From Methylobacter sp. KS41 (lineage in GTDB: Bacteria; Pseudomonadota; Gammaproteobacteria; Methylococcales; Methylomonadaceae), in NCBI GenBank assembly GCA_002862125.1, contig PHSP01000004.1:168935-232934 (forward strand): a DNA stretch of 64,000 bases, in the 5' to 3' direction. Positions 42,599-52,791 of the stretch are shown piece by piece. The translations under genes were made by a program, and so were the position numbers. Each line of letters begins with the position of its first letter. The first letter of the stretch is position 1. The notes beneath the pieces are model-generated. The model did not search any database and had not been told where the DNA came from. It saw only the letters and a program-made list of their open reading frames with translations.

Positions 42599-43360
42599 AT
42601 GTTACCCGATTTTTCTCTTCATCAAATGGTTTATATTGCTCTGGTGTTTGTTTGGACCGGGTTTGTCCGGACGGGGCTTGGCTTTGGTGGAGCTGCATTA
42701 GGGTTACCGCTAATGTTGTTTGTCCATAATAATCCGCTTTTATGGCTGCCAATTATTGGCGTGCATTTACTGTTTTTTTCCGGCTTAACGCTTCTTAACC
42801 GCTTGCATAATGTCGACTGGCAGTATTTGCGCTACTCTTCCATTTACATTATTCCTCCCGCAATCATAGGCGTCTTTGGACTGGTGAATCTACCGGTCCT
42901 GTGGCTGAATACCTTAATTTATTCGGTTACCTTGTTTTATGGTTTTTCCTGGCTACTCAACAGAGGTATTGAAAGCCGCCATGTATGGGCGGATAAAGGA
43001 CTGCTCGCTTTAGGGGGATACATTGCCGGAATTTCTCTGACCGGAGCGCCGCTGATGGTAGCTGTCTATATGCGCAATGTCAGTAAATACAAATTGCGGG
43101 ACACCCTGTTTGTATTATGGTTCATCCTGGTAAGCATGAAAATGACGATGTTCATCGCCCTATCAGTTAATTTGCATTTTCTAGCGGCATTAACGCTTTT
43201 GCCCATTGCTGCCATAGGGCACATATTGGGTTTAAAAACGCATAACTACATCATGCGCAATGATTTGCTTTTTAAACGCTGGATTGGCGGTGGCCTAGTC
43301 GCTGTCAGTGTGTTGGGGTTATGGCAATTAGCAGGCAAACATGCTAAGGACTTGTTATGA
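42599..43360 (+). CDS. TSUP-family (TauE/SafE-like) membrane transporter
   Basis: 253 aa, ~8 TM helices. The GFGGAALGLPLML glycine motif is typical of TSUP permeases. Confidence 0.6.
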   Translation: MLPDFSLHQMVYIALVFVWTGFVRTGLGFGGAALGLPLMLFVHNNPLLWLPIIGVHLLFFSGLTLLNRLHNVDWQYLRYSSIYIIPPAIIGVFGLVNLPVLWLNTLIYSVTLFYGFSWLLNRGIESRHVWADKGLLALGGYIAGISLTGAPLMVAVYMRNVSKYKLRDTLFVLWFILVSMKMTMFIALSVNLHFLAALTLLPIAAIGHILGLKTHNYIMRNDLLFKRWIGGGLVAVSVLGLWQLAGKHAKDLL

Positions 43361-43740
43361 GTGAAATCATGATCGATGTAATCATCCGTTTCAAAAAACA
43401 CCCCCAATACAGGAGCTTTTTCGATAACTGATTCTGCTTTAACTTGATCAGCCAAAAGAAGAAGGAACCGGAAACACATAAGGAATTCGCGCCTGGTTGG
43501 GTGCTTGTAGACCACCGAAGGTGTAAAACGGCTTCCAAAATTTCCACCTTCAATGCAATTTTTCCCGTCCCTTAAGAAAGTATATGCTATAAAAATCAAT
43601 AAATTGTCGACTTTTACTGAAAAAAAATGGAGGCATATTTTGCAAAAACTGGAAAATTTTCCACACTGTTTGACGGGGTTGATCCTCAATTCAACGGAAT
43701 TCAGAAAACCTGTGACAAGTATTTTTGCAAGTTATCTAAG

Positions 43741-45318
43741 CTAACGCTGGAGACTATTAACAGTATCCAACAGTATATCCAGTGAATTGCCGGTTTCGGT
43801 ATTAACCGTTATGGCATAGGCCTGCTCTTCAAGCGATAGCGGTTGCGCAGATTTCTGCTGCTGATGCAACACCTCGATGGTCGCTTCCGAAGCATCGTTT
43901 TGCCGTTGTCTTATACGTTTTTCCAATTCTTCGCCGGATGCCTGAAAATCAACGATAACAAATTGTACGCCGCATACGGCGGCAAGCTTTCGAAACAGGT
44001 CCCGCTGTCCGGTTTTAAGAAAGGCCGCATCGATAATTGCTGAGAACCCGGCTTCAATCACCGCTTTTGCGCAATCTGCAAGGTGCTGGTAAGTTTTCCG
44101 TCCCGCCTCCTGAGTATAAAGCCCGCTGTCAAGAGCGCTTCCGGTGTGCTCTTTTGCCTGGTATCCGAATATGCGCTTTCGCTCTATATCCGAACGTATC
44201 TGCAGGCCGCCTGTTTTTTCTGCAAGCTGGCCTGCAATAGTGGATTTTCCAGAGCCTGAATAGCCATGAGTAATAATTAACAAGACCCGGCCCACCTTGG
44301 TAAAATGTCCGGCAAGGTTCGCAAACTCTGCATACTTCAAGGCGGTTTGATTTGAAACAGCATCATTGGCCTGCTGCGCATGGCGCAACAACGAAACCTT
44401 GGCGCACACCAACGCGCGATAAACCAGATAGTATCGCAATACAGCAAGGCCGCGGTAATCGCCGGTTCGTTGAAGATAATGATTTAGCAACCGGTAAGCG
44501 AAGCGCTCATAACCGAAGTGCAGCAAATCGATAACCAGAAAAGCGACTTCGCTGATCACGTCAATCCAGCGCAGCTTCGGATTAAACTCGATGCAATCAA
44601 ACAGGGTTACCTTGCCATTAATCAAGGTCATGTTGCTCAAATGCAGATCACCATGGCATTCGCGAACAAAGCCTTGTTGCTTGCGTAACTGCATCAATCC
44701 GGACTTGCTGTCCCATTCATCATTGCCCCAGGCCTGGATCGCCTGAAGCTGCCGTTTTAGTCCGTCATCAACAAGCAGAGGTCTTATTTGCTCAAAATTC
44801 TCGACAAACCAATGTTTTATACACTCACTATTCCCATAAGGAGAAGCTTCACCCGCCTTTGCAATGGTTTCATGGAAACCGGCAATAATCCCGGTAATTT
44901 GATCTATTTCATCTGAATCCAGCCGCCCGCATTCGGCAAGCTCACTGAGTGTATATCCTGCAGGAAACTGAATCATCCTGACGGCGTATTCGATAGCCTC
45001 CCCCTCTCCGGCCATGGTTGGCTGATCGGGTTTTCCCGTTACCGGCACAACGTCAAGGTACAAGTCTGCGGCTAAACGCCGGTTAAGCCGTAATTCTTCA
45101 TGACAGAAAAATCGCCGTTTCTCCAGCGTTGAAAAATCCAGAAAACCGAAGTTGACCGGCTTTTTTATTTTATAGGCGTATTTTCCGGTCAGCAGCACCC
45201 AGGAAATATGCGTTTCAACAATACTGACAGCAGTGACTTCATGCGGATATGCGCTGGCTTCGGACAAAGCCTTAATCAAGAGAACGCTATTGTCCAGCGC
45301 AGCTTTATTGCTATCCAT
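43741..45318 (-). CDS. Bifunctional aminoglycoside-phosphotransferase-like kinase / P-loop ATP-binding (AAA-type kinase) protein
   Basis: The N-terminal APH/kinase fold has the catalytic loop HGDLHLSN. The C-terminal half carries Walker A GYSGSGKST. Confidence 0.7.
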   Translation of the reverse strand: MDSNKAALDNSVLLIKALSEASAYPHEVTAVSIVETHISWVLLTGKYAYKIKKPVNFGFLDFSTLEKRRFFCHEELRLNRRLAADLYLDVVPVTGKPDQPTMAGEGEAIEYAVRMIQFPAGYTLSELAECGRLDSDEIDQITGIIAGFHETIAKAGEASPYGNSECIKHWFVENFEQIRPLLVDDGLKRQLQAIQAWGNDEWDSKSGLMQLRKQQGFVRECHGDLHLSNMTLINGKVTLFDCIEFNPKLRWIDVISEVAFLVIDLLHFGYERFAYRLLNHYLQRTGDYRGLAVLRYYLVYRALVCAKVSLLRHAQQANDAVSNQTALKYAEFANLAGHFTKVGRVLLIITHGYSGSGKSTIAGQLAEKTGGLQIRSDIERKRIFGYQAKEHTGSALDSGLYTQEAGRKTYQHLADCAKAVIEAGFSAIIDAAFLKTGQRDLFRKLAAVCGVQFVIVDFQASGEELEKRIRQRQNDASEATIEVLHQQQKSAQPLSLEEQAYAITVNTETGNSLDILLDTVNSLQR

Positions 45319-45330
45319 AAAATCCGGAAA

Positions 45331-45909
45331 CTATCGGCAATATTCGGCTAAATCTTCATTTATTTCTTCAAGATCAAACTCATCAGGATCAAAATCTCCG
45401 CCTAGCCATTCCAGCATGCTTTCATGCTCAGGATGTTCAGGATCTGAAATTATTTCAAGAAGCTCTTCATAACCCCAAATGCCGCCGCAATCTTCAGGCG
45501 GACAAGCGCGTTTACCCTTTATACAAACGGGCAAAAGAGTATGATTGTCGAAGGGCAGTATTTTTTCGAGTAGAATCTTGTGCTCCCAGCTATCCCCAAA
45601 ATCATATTCATAAGTAAGGGTATCTTTTTCCTTTTGTAATAATTGAAATAGCTTGTAGTCAGCTTCGTCTTCAGTTTCCAGCTCAAAATCATCATCAGGA
45701 ATTCCATAGGATTTTTCATTATCAAAAAATTGATGTAAATGGCTATCTGTCCACCCCATTGCAACTTGAATCACATCATGGAAAGCCCCTAACCCTAAAT
45801 CGCTTGGCACTAAAACAGTCCTCCAAATTGGAGGTTTTGCGCCGATTAATGATATTTTTATTTGATAAATGGATTTTAATTGCTTCGTTGCCATTTCATT
45901 AACCCTCAT
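45331..45909 (-). CDS. pRiA4b ORF-3-like family protein (IS-element passenger-type protein, PF07929-like)
   Basis: The N-terminal YQIKISLIGAKPPIWRTVLVPSDLGLGAFHDVIQVAMGW motif matches the PRiA4_ORF3 family. Confidence 0.6.
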   Translation of the reverse strand: MRVNEMATKQLKSIYQIKISLIGAKPPIWRTVLVPSDLGLGAFHDVIQVAMGWTDSHLHQFFDNEKSYGIPDDDFELETEDEADYKLFQLLQKEKDTLTYEYDFGDSWEHKILLEKILPFDNHTLLPVCIKGKRACPPEDCGGIWGYEELLEIISDPEHPEHESMLEWLGGDFDPDEFDLEEINEDLAEYCR

Positions 45910-45949
45910 TTAAAAAGGATAACTCCGCCCGAGAGTTATTTTGTAAAAA

Positions 45950-46555
45950 TCACCCCCGGCAAAGCCGGGGGCTTATTATTGTTAGCCCCTCAAAGGGGCA
46001 TGTTTATTAATCGCCTAAAAGCGATTACCTATTTCCAAAGACTGAGTTGTTCATAATGCTCCTCTTCTTTTTCTTGCTCCCTTATATATGCTTTAACAAC
46101 CTCTTCATCCAGTCCCACCGTCGATACAAAATACCCTCGGACCCAAAAATTTTCTCCTGTAAAGTTTTTGGTTTTTCCTATAAATTGCCTTGCTATGGAA
46201 ATGGCACTCTTGCCTTTAATAAAACCGACTACATTCGAAACCGCATATTTTGGCGGAATGCTGATGCACATGTGGACATGATCTGGCATAAAATGCCCCT
46301 CCTATATTTTACAGCCCTTCTGTTTGGCTAACTCATGAAACAATTGCCCAAGGTGCTTTCGTAATTTCCCAAATATGACTTTCTTTCTTCTCTTCGGTAT
46401 AAACACAATGTGGTATTTGCAATTCCACTTCGTATGACTCAAACTTTGATACTCTCTCATAGCTGATTCTCCTTGCTCTTGGTCGAGTTTCAGAGAATCG
46501 TCGAGACCGTCTTATAGATCAAAACTTTGTGAGTCCCCCGGCATAGCCGGGGGTT
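45950..46555 (-). mobile_element. IS200/IS605-family element (tnpA only), inactivated
   Basis: A HuH Y1 transposase ORF is flanked on both sides by near-identical hairpins, CCCCCGGC-AAA-GCCGGGGG (45953-45971) and CCCCCGG-CATAG-CCGGGGG (46534-46552). Extra hairpins sit at 45985-45999 and 46007-46026. Confidence 0.6.
46029..46460 (-). pseudogene. tnpA: IS200-like transposase TnpA interrupted by an in-frame TAG
   Basis: Minus-strand translation gives MREYQSLSHTKWNCKYHIVFIPKRRKKV...AKQKGCKI*EGHFMPDHVHMCISIPPKY.... This is colinear with IS200 TnpA (HuH motif HVHM, catalytic Tyr region), but an amber stop (46302-46304) precedes the HuH motif. Confidence 0.7.
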
Positions 46556-46642
46556 TACCTTATTTAATTAAAGATAACGGCGATATTGACGAACTATTTC
46601 TATCTATTTTAAAAGAACATACAACTGCTGGGTACGCTATCG

Positions 46643-49348
46643 CTAATCCAAACTACGAGCTAATTTCTTTAAAACTGTCCTGAGGATACCGCCATCCCGA
46701 TAATATTGAATTTCTATCGGGGTATCAATACGGCTTATCGCCTTAAAGATTGTAACATTTCCATCAGGCAACGTTGCTGAAACGGTAATTTCCTGTTTTG
46801 GCGCTGTCTCATCGGTTATATCTATATTAAAGGTTTCTGTTCCGGTTAATTTCAGGGTTTTGACTGATTCACCGTCTAAAAATTGCAAGGGCAATATGCC
46901 CATGCCGATAAGATTACTGCGGTGAATTCTTTCGTAACTCTCGGCGATTACCGCTTTTACACCTTGCATAAAGGGTCCTTTTGCCGCCCAATCCCGCGAT
47001 GAGCCGGAACCGTATTCTTTTCCTGCAAGAATGCATAGTGGTATGCCGGCATCATGGTATTTCATTGCAACATCAAAAATCGTCATTTGCTCCCCGGTTG
47101 GATGATAGAGAGTAAGATTTCCTTCACTAGCCGGAATCAGCTGGTTATGGATGCGGATGTTGGCGAATGTTCCTCTGCACATCACCTGATCGTTACCTCG
47201 ACGGGAACCATAACTGTTCCAGTCTTTTCGATCTATGCCTTTAGAAAGGAGGTATAACGCCGCAGGAGAATCGGGAGCGATTTGTCCCGCCGGTGAAATG
47301 TGATCCGTACTAATAGAATCCCCGAACAGAGCCAGCACCCGCATGCCAATAAGAGGACATATCGCTTGCTGACCGGTACTCAACCCTTCAAAGAAAGGCG
47401 GTTTTCTGATATAGGTCGAACTTTCGTCCCACTCATATAGTTCGGTTCCGGTCACTTCGACCATTTGCCACGCTTTAGTGCCGGTAAAAACGTCCGCATA
47501 ACGCTCCTGAAACATCCGGGGCGTTACAAACTGAGTTATTGCTTCCGTTATTTCGTCGCTGGTAGGCCAGATGTCTTTCAGATACACCGGAATTCCATCC
47601 TTCCCCAACCCAACAGGTTCGGTGGTAATATCCAGTGCCGTCGAGCCTGCCAGCGCATAGACGACAACCAGAGGCGGTGAGGCTAGATAGTTGGTTTTGG
47701 TGAGCGGATGCACGCGTCCTTCAAAATTTCTGTTTCCCGACAGCACCGCCGAAACGACCAGATTATTTTCCAGTATCGCCTTTTCAACGGCTTCATCAAG
47801 CGGGCCTGAATTACCAATGCAAGTGGTACAGCCATAGCCTACAAGATAGAAGCCAAGCTGTTCCAGATAGTTGAGCAGCCCCGATTTCTTTAGATATTCC
47901 GTGACCACCATTGAGCCGGGAGCCAGAGAGGTTTTTACATAGTTCTTTACTTTCAATCCCCGCTCAATGGCTTTTTTGGCAACAAGGCCGGCGCCGAGCA
48001 TCACTGAGGGGTTGCTGGTATTTGTGCAGGAGGTGATAGCGGCAATGACGACGGCCCCATGTGTTATGGCCTCGTTTGCACCCTTGCTTGACACGATGCC
48101 GCTACGCTTCAGGTCATGCACGGAAAGTCCCATGCCCTTATCGCCTACTGGCGCAGTGAGGGTTTGCCTGTAGGTTGGCCCTACCTGACTGAGCGGAATT
48201 CTGTCCTGCGGACGCTTGGGGCCAGCAAGCGCCGGTTCAATTGCGCCGAGATCTACTTCCATGAGCTGGGAAAATTCAGGATCCGGCATATTGCCGGTGC
48301 GGAATAATCCCTGTTCCTTGGCGTAACGTTCGGTGAGCTCGATGAGTTCGGGGCTGCGGCCGGTAAGCCGCATGTACTTAAGGGTTTCGTCATCTATGGG
48401 AAAGAAACTCACTGTCGAACCCTGCTCGGGCGCCATATTACTGATGGTAGCCCTATCGGGAATGCTTAATTGCGCCAGTCCGGGACCATAAAATTCAACG
48501 AATTTGCCAACTACGCCAACGCTCCTGCAAAGTTCTGTAATACGCAGCACGAGATCAGTAGCGGTAACGCCCGGCGGCAGCATACCGGTCAATTTAACAC
48601 CAACGACATCCGGAATCAGCATATAAATCGGTTGATCCAGCATCACGGCTTCAGCCTCAATGCCACCGACACCCCACGCTAAAACGCCCAGGCCATTGAC
48701 CATCGGCGTATGTGAGTCAGTGCCGACACAAGTATCGGGATAACAGACGTTGTTGTCCCTGTTATGAAAAACGACTTGCGAAAGATATTCAAGATTGACC
48801 TGATGAACGATACCTGTGGAAGGAGGAACCACGCGGAGATTTTGAAAAGCAGCTTGCCCCCATTTCAGGAATTCATACCTTTCGGCATTCCTCTGAAACT
48901 CGGCGGCTTCATTTAATGACAGGGAATTGGCCTTGCCGAAATAATCCACCTGTACCGAGTGATCAATCACCAGGTCGCAGGGAATAAAAGGATTGATTTT
49001 TTTCGGATCGCCACCCATCTGCTTCATGGCGTCGCGCATTGCCGCCAAGTCGACAAGGGCCGGCACTCCAGTGAAATCCTGCAGTACCACTCGGGCCGGT
49101 TTGTAGGGAATTTCTTGCCTTATACCTCGGGGTTGCCAGTTGGCAAGGCTTAAAACGTGATCTTGGGTAATTGCAAAGCCGTCACAGTTACGCAATAAAG
49201 ACTCCAGCAAAATTTTTATCGTGTATGGCAGTTTAGAAATGTTTGCCCTGCCAACATGCTCGAGATGAGAAAGACGGTAGTAAAAAACCGAGCTAGCGCC
49301 GCCAAATTTCAATGATCGAAGCGCACCAAATGGATCATAATTATTCAT
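46643..49348 (-). CDS. acnA: Aconitate hydratase A (AcnA)
   Basis: 901 aa. Fe-S ligand cysteines, SVHDLKRSG..., colinear with AcnA/IRP-type aconitases. Confidence 0.9.
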   Translation of the reverse strand: MNNYDPFGALRSLKFGGASSVFYYRLSHLEHVGRANISKLPYTIKILLESLLRNCDGFAITQDHVLSLANWQPRGIRQEIPYKPARVVLQDFTGVPALVDLAAMRDAMKQMGGDPKKINPFIPCDLVIDHSVQVDYFGKANSLSLNEAAEFQRNAERYEFLKWGQAAFQNLRVVPPSTGIVHQVNLEYLSQVVFHNRDNNVCYPDTCVGTDSHTPMVNGLGVLAWGVGGIEAEAVMLDQPIYMLIPDVVGVKLTGMLPPGVTATDLVLRITELCRSVGVVGKFVEFYGPGLAQLSIPDRATISNMAPEQGSTVSFFPIDDETLKYMRLTGRSPELIELTERYAKEQGLFRTGNMPDPEFSQLMEVDLGAIEPALAGPKRPQDRIPLSQVGPTYRQTLTAPVGDKGMGLSVHDLKRSGIVSSKGANEAITHGAVVIAAITSCTNTSNPSVMLGAGLVAKKAIERGLKVKNYVKTSLAPGSMVVTEYLKKSGLLNYLEQLGFYLVGYGCTTCIGNSGPLDEAVEKAILENNLVVSAVLSGNRNFEGRVHPLTKTNYLASPPLVVVYALAGSTALDITTEPVGLGKDGIPVYLKDIWPTSDEITEAITQFVTPRMFQERYADVFTGTKAWQMVEVTGTELYEWDESSTYIRKPPFFEGLSTGQQAICPLIGMRVLALFGDSISTDHISPAGQIAPDSPAALYLLSKGIDRKDWNSYGSRRGNDQVMCRGTFANIRIHNQLIPASEGNLTLYHPTGEQMTIFDVAMKYHDAGIPLCILAGKEYGSGSSRDWAAKGPFMQGVKAVIAESYERIHRSNLIGMGILPLQFLDGESVKTLKLTGTETFNIDITDETAPKQEITVSATLPDGNVTIFKAISRIDTPIEIQYYRDGGILRTVLKKLARSLD

Positions 49349-49890
49349 GATTGAACCTCTCTTCTGAAATCAAACCATCTTCAAACCACAGTCCAAAATT
49401 ACACTAAAACCTGATTAGTCAAATAATACAATTACAGCTGAAATTATGACCGGCTTAATTAGGAATTGATAGGTAAATAATGCATATTTTTGACTCCATC
49501 CAAATAAAACCCCGAAACGACAAACTCGGTTAAATCCAAGGGAAAGGGCTTAGTTATAGCTGAACCAATGCCCAAAAATCACTCAGACAGAATCATATTC
49601 GATATATTGGGGATACGCTAGCTCTGTATCTGAGTTATTGCCTGCATCCTGCAACAGGCTCCGGCACTTTATTCTCAACAACAATAAAATCGTCATTAGT
49701 TGTGAAGAAGTTATTTTGCTAGTCGAATTTAAGACATCTCTCAAATAATACTTTTCCTACAACGCTTGCAATTTTTTTGGTTCAGAGGGATAGTAACAGA
49801 ATGAAGTAGCCGTTCACTAAAGCATAGGCCTATAAATTAAGCGGTTAGGCCAAATAAATGCGGCTTGTTAAAGAGCAAAGGAGAGGAGCC

Positions 49891-50436
49891 ATGAATAAGC
49901 ACTTGAAATTAGTTAGAGAATTCCACGACGCATTTTCAATTCCCCAGGCACAACAGGGCGCAAATGTTCGGTTATCCGAAATGGACGTTATTATGCGTCA
50001 GGCCTTGCTGATGGAGGAAGGCAGCATGCTCTTCAGAGCAATTAAAGCGGGTGACATGGTCGAAATTTTGGCAGCAATGATCAATCTTGCATATTGCGCA
50101 TTAGGCGCTATCGCCATTCAAGGGGCGGATGTCTCGGATCAACCGGTATCATGGCAGCATGATGGATTTGTGATTTCATTAATGCGGCTTTTTTCCGGAA
50201 AGATTAATGATTGTGCATCCGGCAACCCTGATGATTATTCAGAGGTTTATGATTTGTGTGTTTATTTATCAAGAGGTTTTATCAACGCCGATTTCGATAA
50301 AGCCTTTCAAATGGTTCATGACAGTAAAATGTCCAGATTGGATAAGAGCGGTAAACTTCCAGTCGAAAATGCTGAGGAAACTCTTAAATCCAAATTTTTT
50401 AAAACCCTCGATTTGAGTGACTGCCTTTACGAATAA
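49891..50436 (+). CDS. MazG-like nucleotide pyrophosphohydrolase-fold protein
   Basis: LVREFHDAF...EEGSML...GDMVEILAAMINLAY resembles the EExxE...D MazG/NTP-PPase helical motif. Start taken at the internal ATG 49891. Confidence 0.45.
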   Translation: MNKHLKLVREFHDAFSIPQAQQGANVRLSEMDVIMRQALLMEEGSMLFRAIKAGDMVEILAAMINLAYCALGAIAIQGADVSDQPVSWQHDGFVISLMRLFSGKINDCASGNPDDYSEVYDLCVYLSRGFINADFDKAFQMVHDSKMSRLDKSGKLPVENAEETLKSKFFKTLDLSDCLYE

Positions 50437-51064
50437 CAGTTAATACTTGCTCTAAATGAATAGCACGTCATGGTAGTGTAATCACTAAAAGCAATTTTGC
50501 TACATTTTATAATCAAATAAAAGGTAAATCATTATGAAATGGAGAGAACGCAAGCAAAAAGAAACCTCTACCGATGAAGCGAATGAAACACGATTGAAGA
50601 CAGAACTGCCGGATGGGTATCTGGAAAATGGCTGGATTCGGCGTAAATACAAAACCAGCGGATGGAAAAGTGCGTTGATGGTAGTTAATACAGCGGGGCA
50701 TTAGGCAGAAACGGCGTTTCATCATCCGGATCCTACCTTTTCTTAATGCCTTTGTGATTGTTTAGCTAATGAACCACGCAGTAAAAGGAATTACCAACAA
50801 GGATTTTGAACTGGCTCACAAAATCGAAGATATCATCATATGGCAACCCGGTAAATTAGGCGGAGCATTGGAAGACACCCGATGCCCCGGTTTAAGTACA
50901 TTAAATGTGATTAAACGCTATTCTAAATGGGGCTCAGCCGAATGCAGTGTTGATGACTTAAAAGCTGCCTCATCAACTCTTGCGTTCCACGCTTTGGTTT
51001 AATATTTATGTCATCTTCTGTCGCAGGAAATAGTTTCCGTTATATCCCATCCTCGGAGGTTAAA

Positions 51065-51271
51065 ATGAATGAAGACATTTTAAATATGGAAGTCAGAAAA
51101 TATCTCAAGAAAGTCGGTGTTACATCGCAACGTGAGATTGAACACGCGGTTTTAAAAGCTATTGAATCGGGGGCGCTAAACGGCACAGAAACTATTGCCG
51201 TCAAAATGACGCTGAACGCCCCATCGATTGGTTTGAATTGCTGTATTGAGGGAGAAATAGCATTGGAATAG
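51065..51271 (+). CDS. Small hypothetical protein (68 aa)
   Basis: Strong GGAGGT RBS 6 nt upstream of ATG 51065. No recognisable family. Confidence 0.4.
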   Translation: MNEDILNMEVRKYLKKVGVTSQREIEHAVLKAIESGALNGTETIAVKMTLNAPSIGLNCCIEGEIALE

Positions 51272-51651
51272 TTTTATTTCCGCTTGGCGCTTGACGTAAT
51301 CCTGCTGTTCAATAACTCATTATCATTGACAACATACCAATAACATGAGAACCATTAAGCCTATAGTCTGTTCGCAGGCGTCGGACTGTTGAGTGGGTTT
51401 TGTTTTTAGGGTGCTAAACATAGTGGGGTTTAAGGCGCATTGAGCAGAGTATGCAACCATCAGAAAAATCTAATTCATGCTCGCCGGATACTCCAAGTCA
51501 TTAACAGCAAATCCTTTAAAACGGTCTGCGGCTATAACCATGTACTGAGTTGATTCGGGCGTCCTGACCGGAAGCGCTGAAGCCCAACATGTCAAGCGAC
51601 AACAAACACCAAGAATCATATTCGATCAACGATAGAAACAGGAGAAGAAAG

Positions 51652-52110
51652 ATGAATCTAATTAAGTTTGTAACCTGTACCTTTAAAACAGTATTTATAG
51701 TAAATGTGTTGTTAGGTGGAGTTTTGACTGCGTATGCCGGTAGCGGAAATGAGAACTGCTGGGCAGAGTTTTTTCAACGTAGCGACTATGCTGGCCCCCA
51801 TTTCCGGCTTGCAGGTCCGATACAATTGGACAATTTACTTAGTATCAATGGCGAAAATTGGGCTTCGCGCATCGATAGCCTCAAAGTAGGCCCTAAGGCC
51901 ACGCTGGTAGTTTTCGAGAACACTAATTTCAAGTTAACCCTAAAAGAGATAGCAAAATATCCCGATTTAATGCGTTCTCTCGGTGTCACGGAACAGGATG
52001 TAAAAGAAGACGCAGAGCTTATATTCGGGGCCAATGCGACTATTCATGATCTGAGTGATTTCAATTTTCATCATAAAATCCGTTCATTGAAAATTGATTG
52101 TCTAAAATAA
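51652..52110 (+). CDS. Secreted hypothetical protein (possible beta/gamma-crystallin-like fold)
   Basis: Signal peptide from internal Met 51652 (MNLIKFVTCTFKTVFIVNVLLGGVLTAYA). Conserved-looking W/Y/G pattern. No confident family. Confidence 0.4.
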   Translation: MNLIKFVTCTFKTVFIVNVLLGGVLTAYAGSGNENCWAEFFQRSDYAGPHFRLAGPIQLDNLLSINGENWASRIDSLKVGPKATLVVFENTNFKLTLKEIAKYPDLMRSLGVTEQDVKEDAELIFGANATIHDLSDFNFHHKIRSLKIDCLK

Positions 52111-52791
52111 TGCCTGCATTTGGGATTCACTTGGGGAAGCTAATTTTAATTTTCCACAAGGAAACCCAATTCATTTTCGGCACGCTTTCAATATTTCAGG
52201 TTATTTTTGAGTGTATGTCCTGTTTTAGTTGACCATTACAAGTAAAAATAACCTCCCGCCTCGCTACGCTCCGATAGGGGGGGGCAGCTTTCACCGGTTT
52301 AGGCGGCAATTTTCACTGAAATACGCAAAATACTCCAGGTTAATTATTTAAATAATCTGATTGAACAGGCTCACCGTTTCATCAAGAAAATTGCGAATCC
52401 CATGATGGGGTTCAAAGCCTTTCATTCGGCAAATGCAAACATAGATGGCATTAAAATTGTTTATTTGACTCGAATGGAGCGGCTGTCTGATGAAAATACC
52501 AGCAGAAAGCAATTTATGGTTTTAGCTGGATAACGGTGTCCGCGGATAAGCGCAGCTTTGCGCTTTATGAATATTTGCGGCTGAACCCGTGCATCCTTCA
52601 GACTCATTTTGAATTGGAAGTGGCTTGTATTACAATCCAACGAATGCCGGTAAATGTTGCCGTAAATGTACATTTTTCATTCTGATGGGGTGAAAAGCTG
52701 CTTTTATGATCGTTGGATTGGGCTGCCAAAAAGGCGGCAATCCTAACAGGGCAGTTATCTATCAGAAATATCATTAAGAGCTGATCCCTTC

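Noticed and set aside
43246-43689. 147-aa minus-strand ORF overlapping the 3' end of the TSUP gene
   Set aside because: Overlaps a good membrane-protein gene on the opposite strand. No RBS. Unconvincing sequence.
46302-46304. In-frame TAG in IS200 tnpA as possible programmed readthrough or recoding
   Set aside because: There is no selenocysteine/pyrrolysine context or suppressor evidence. The stop replaces the normally conserved residues between ...KI and EGH.... Ordinary pseudogenisation is the simpler explanation.
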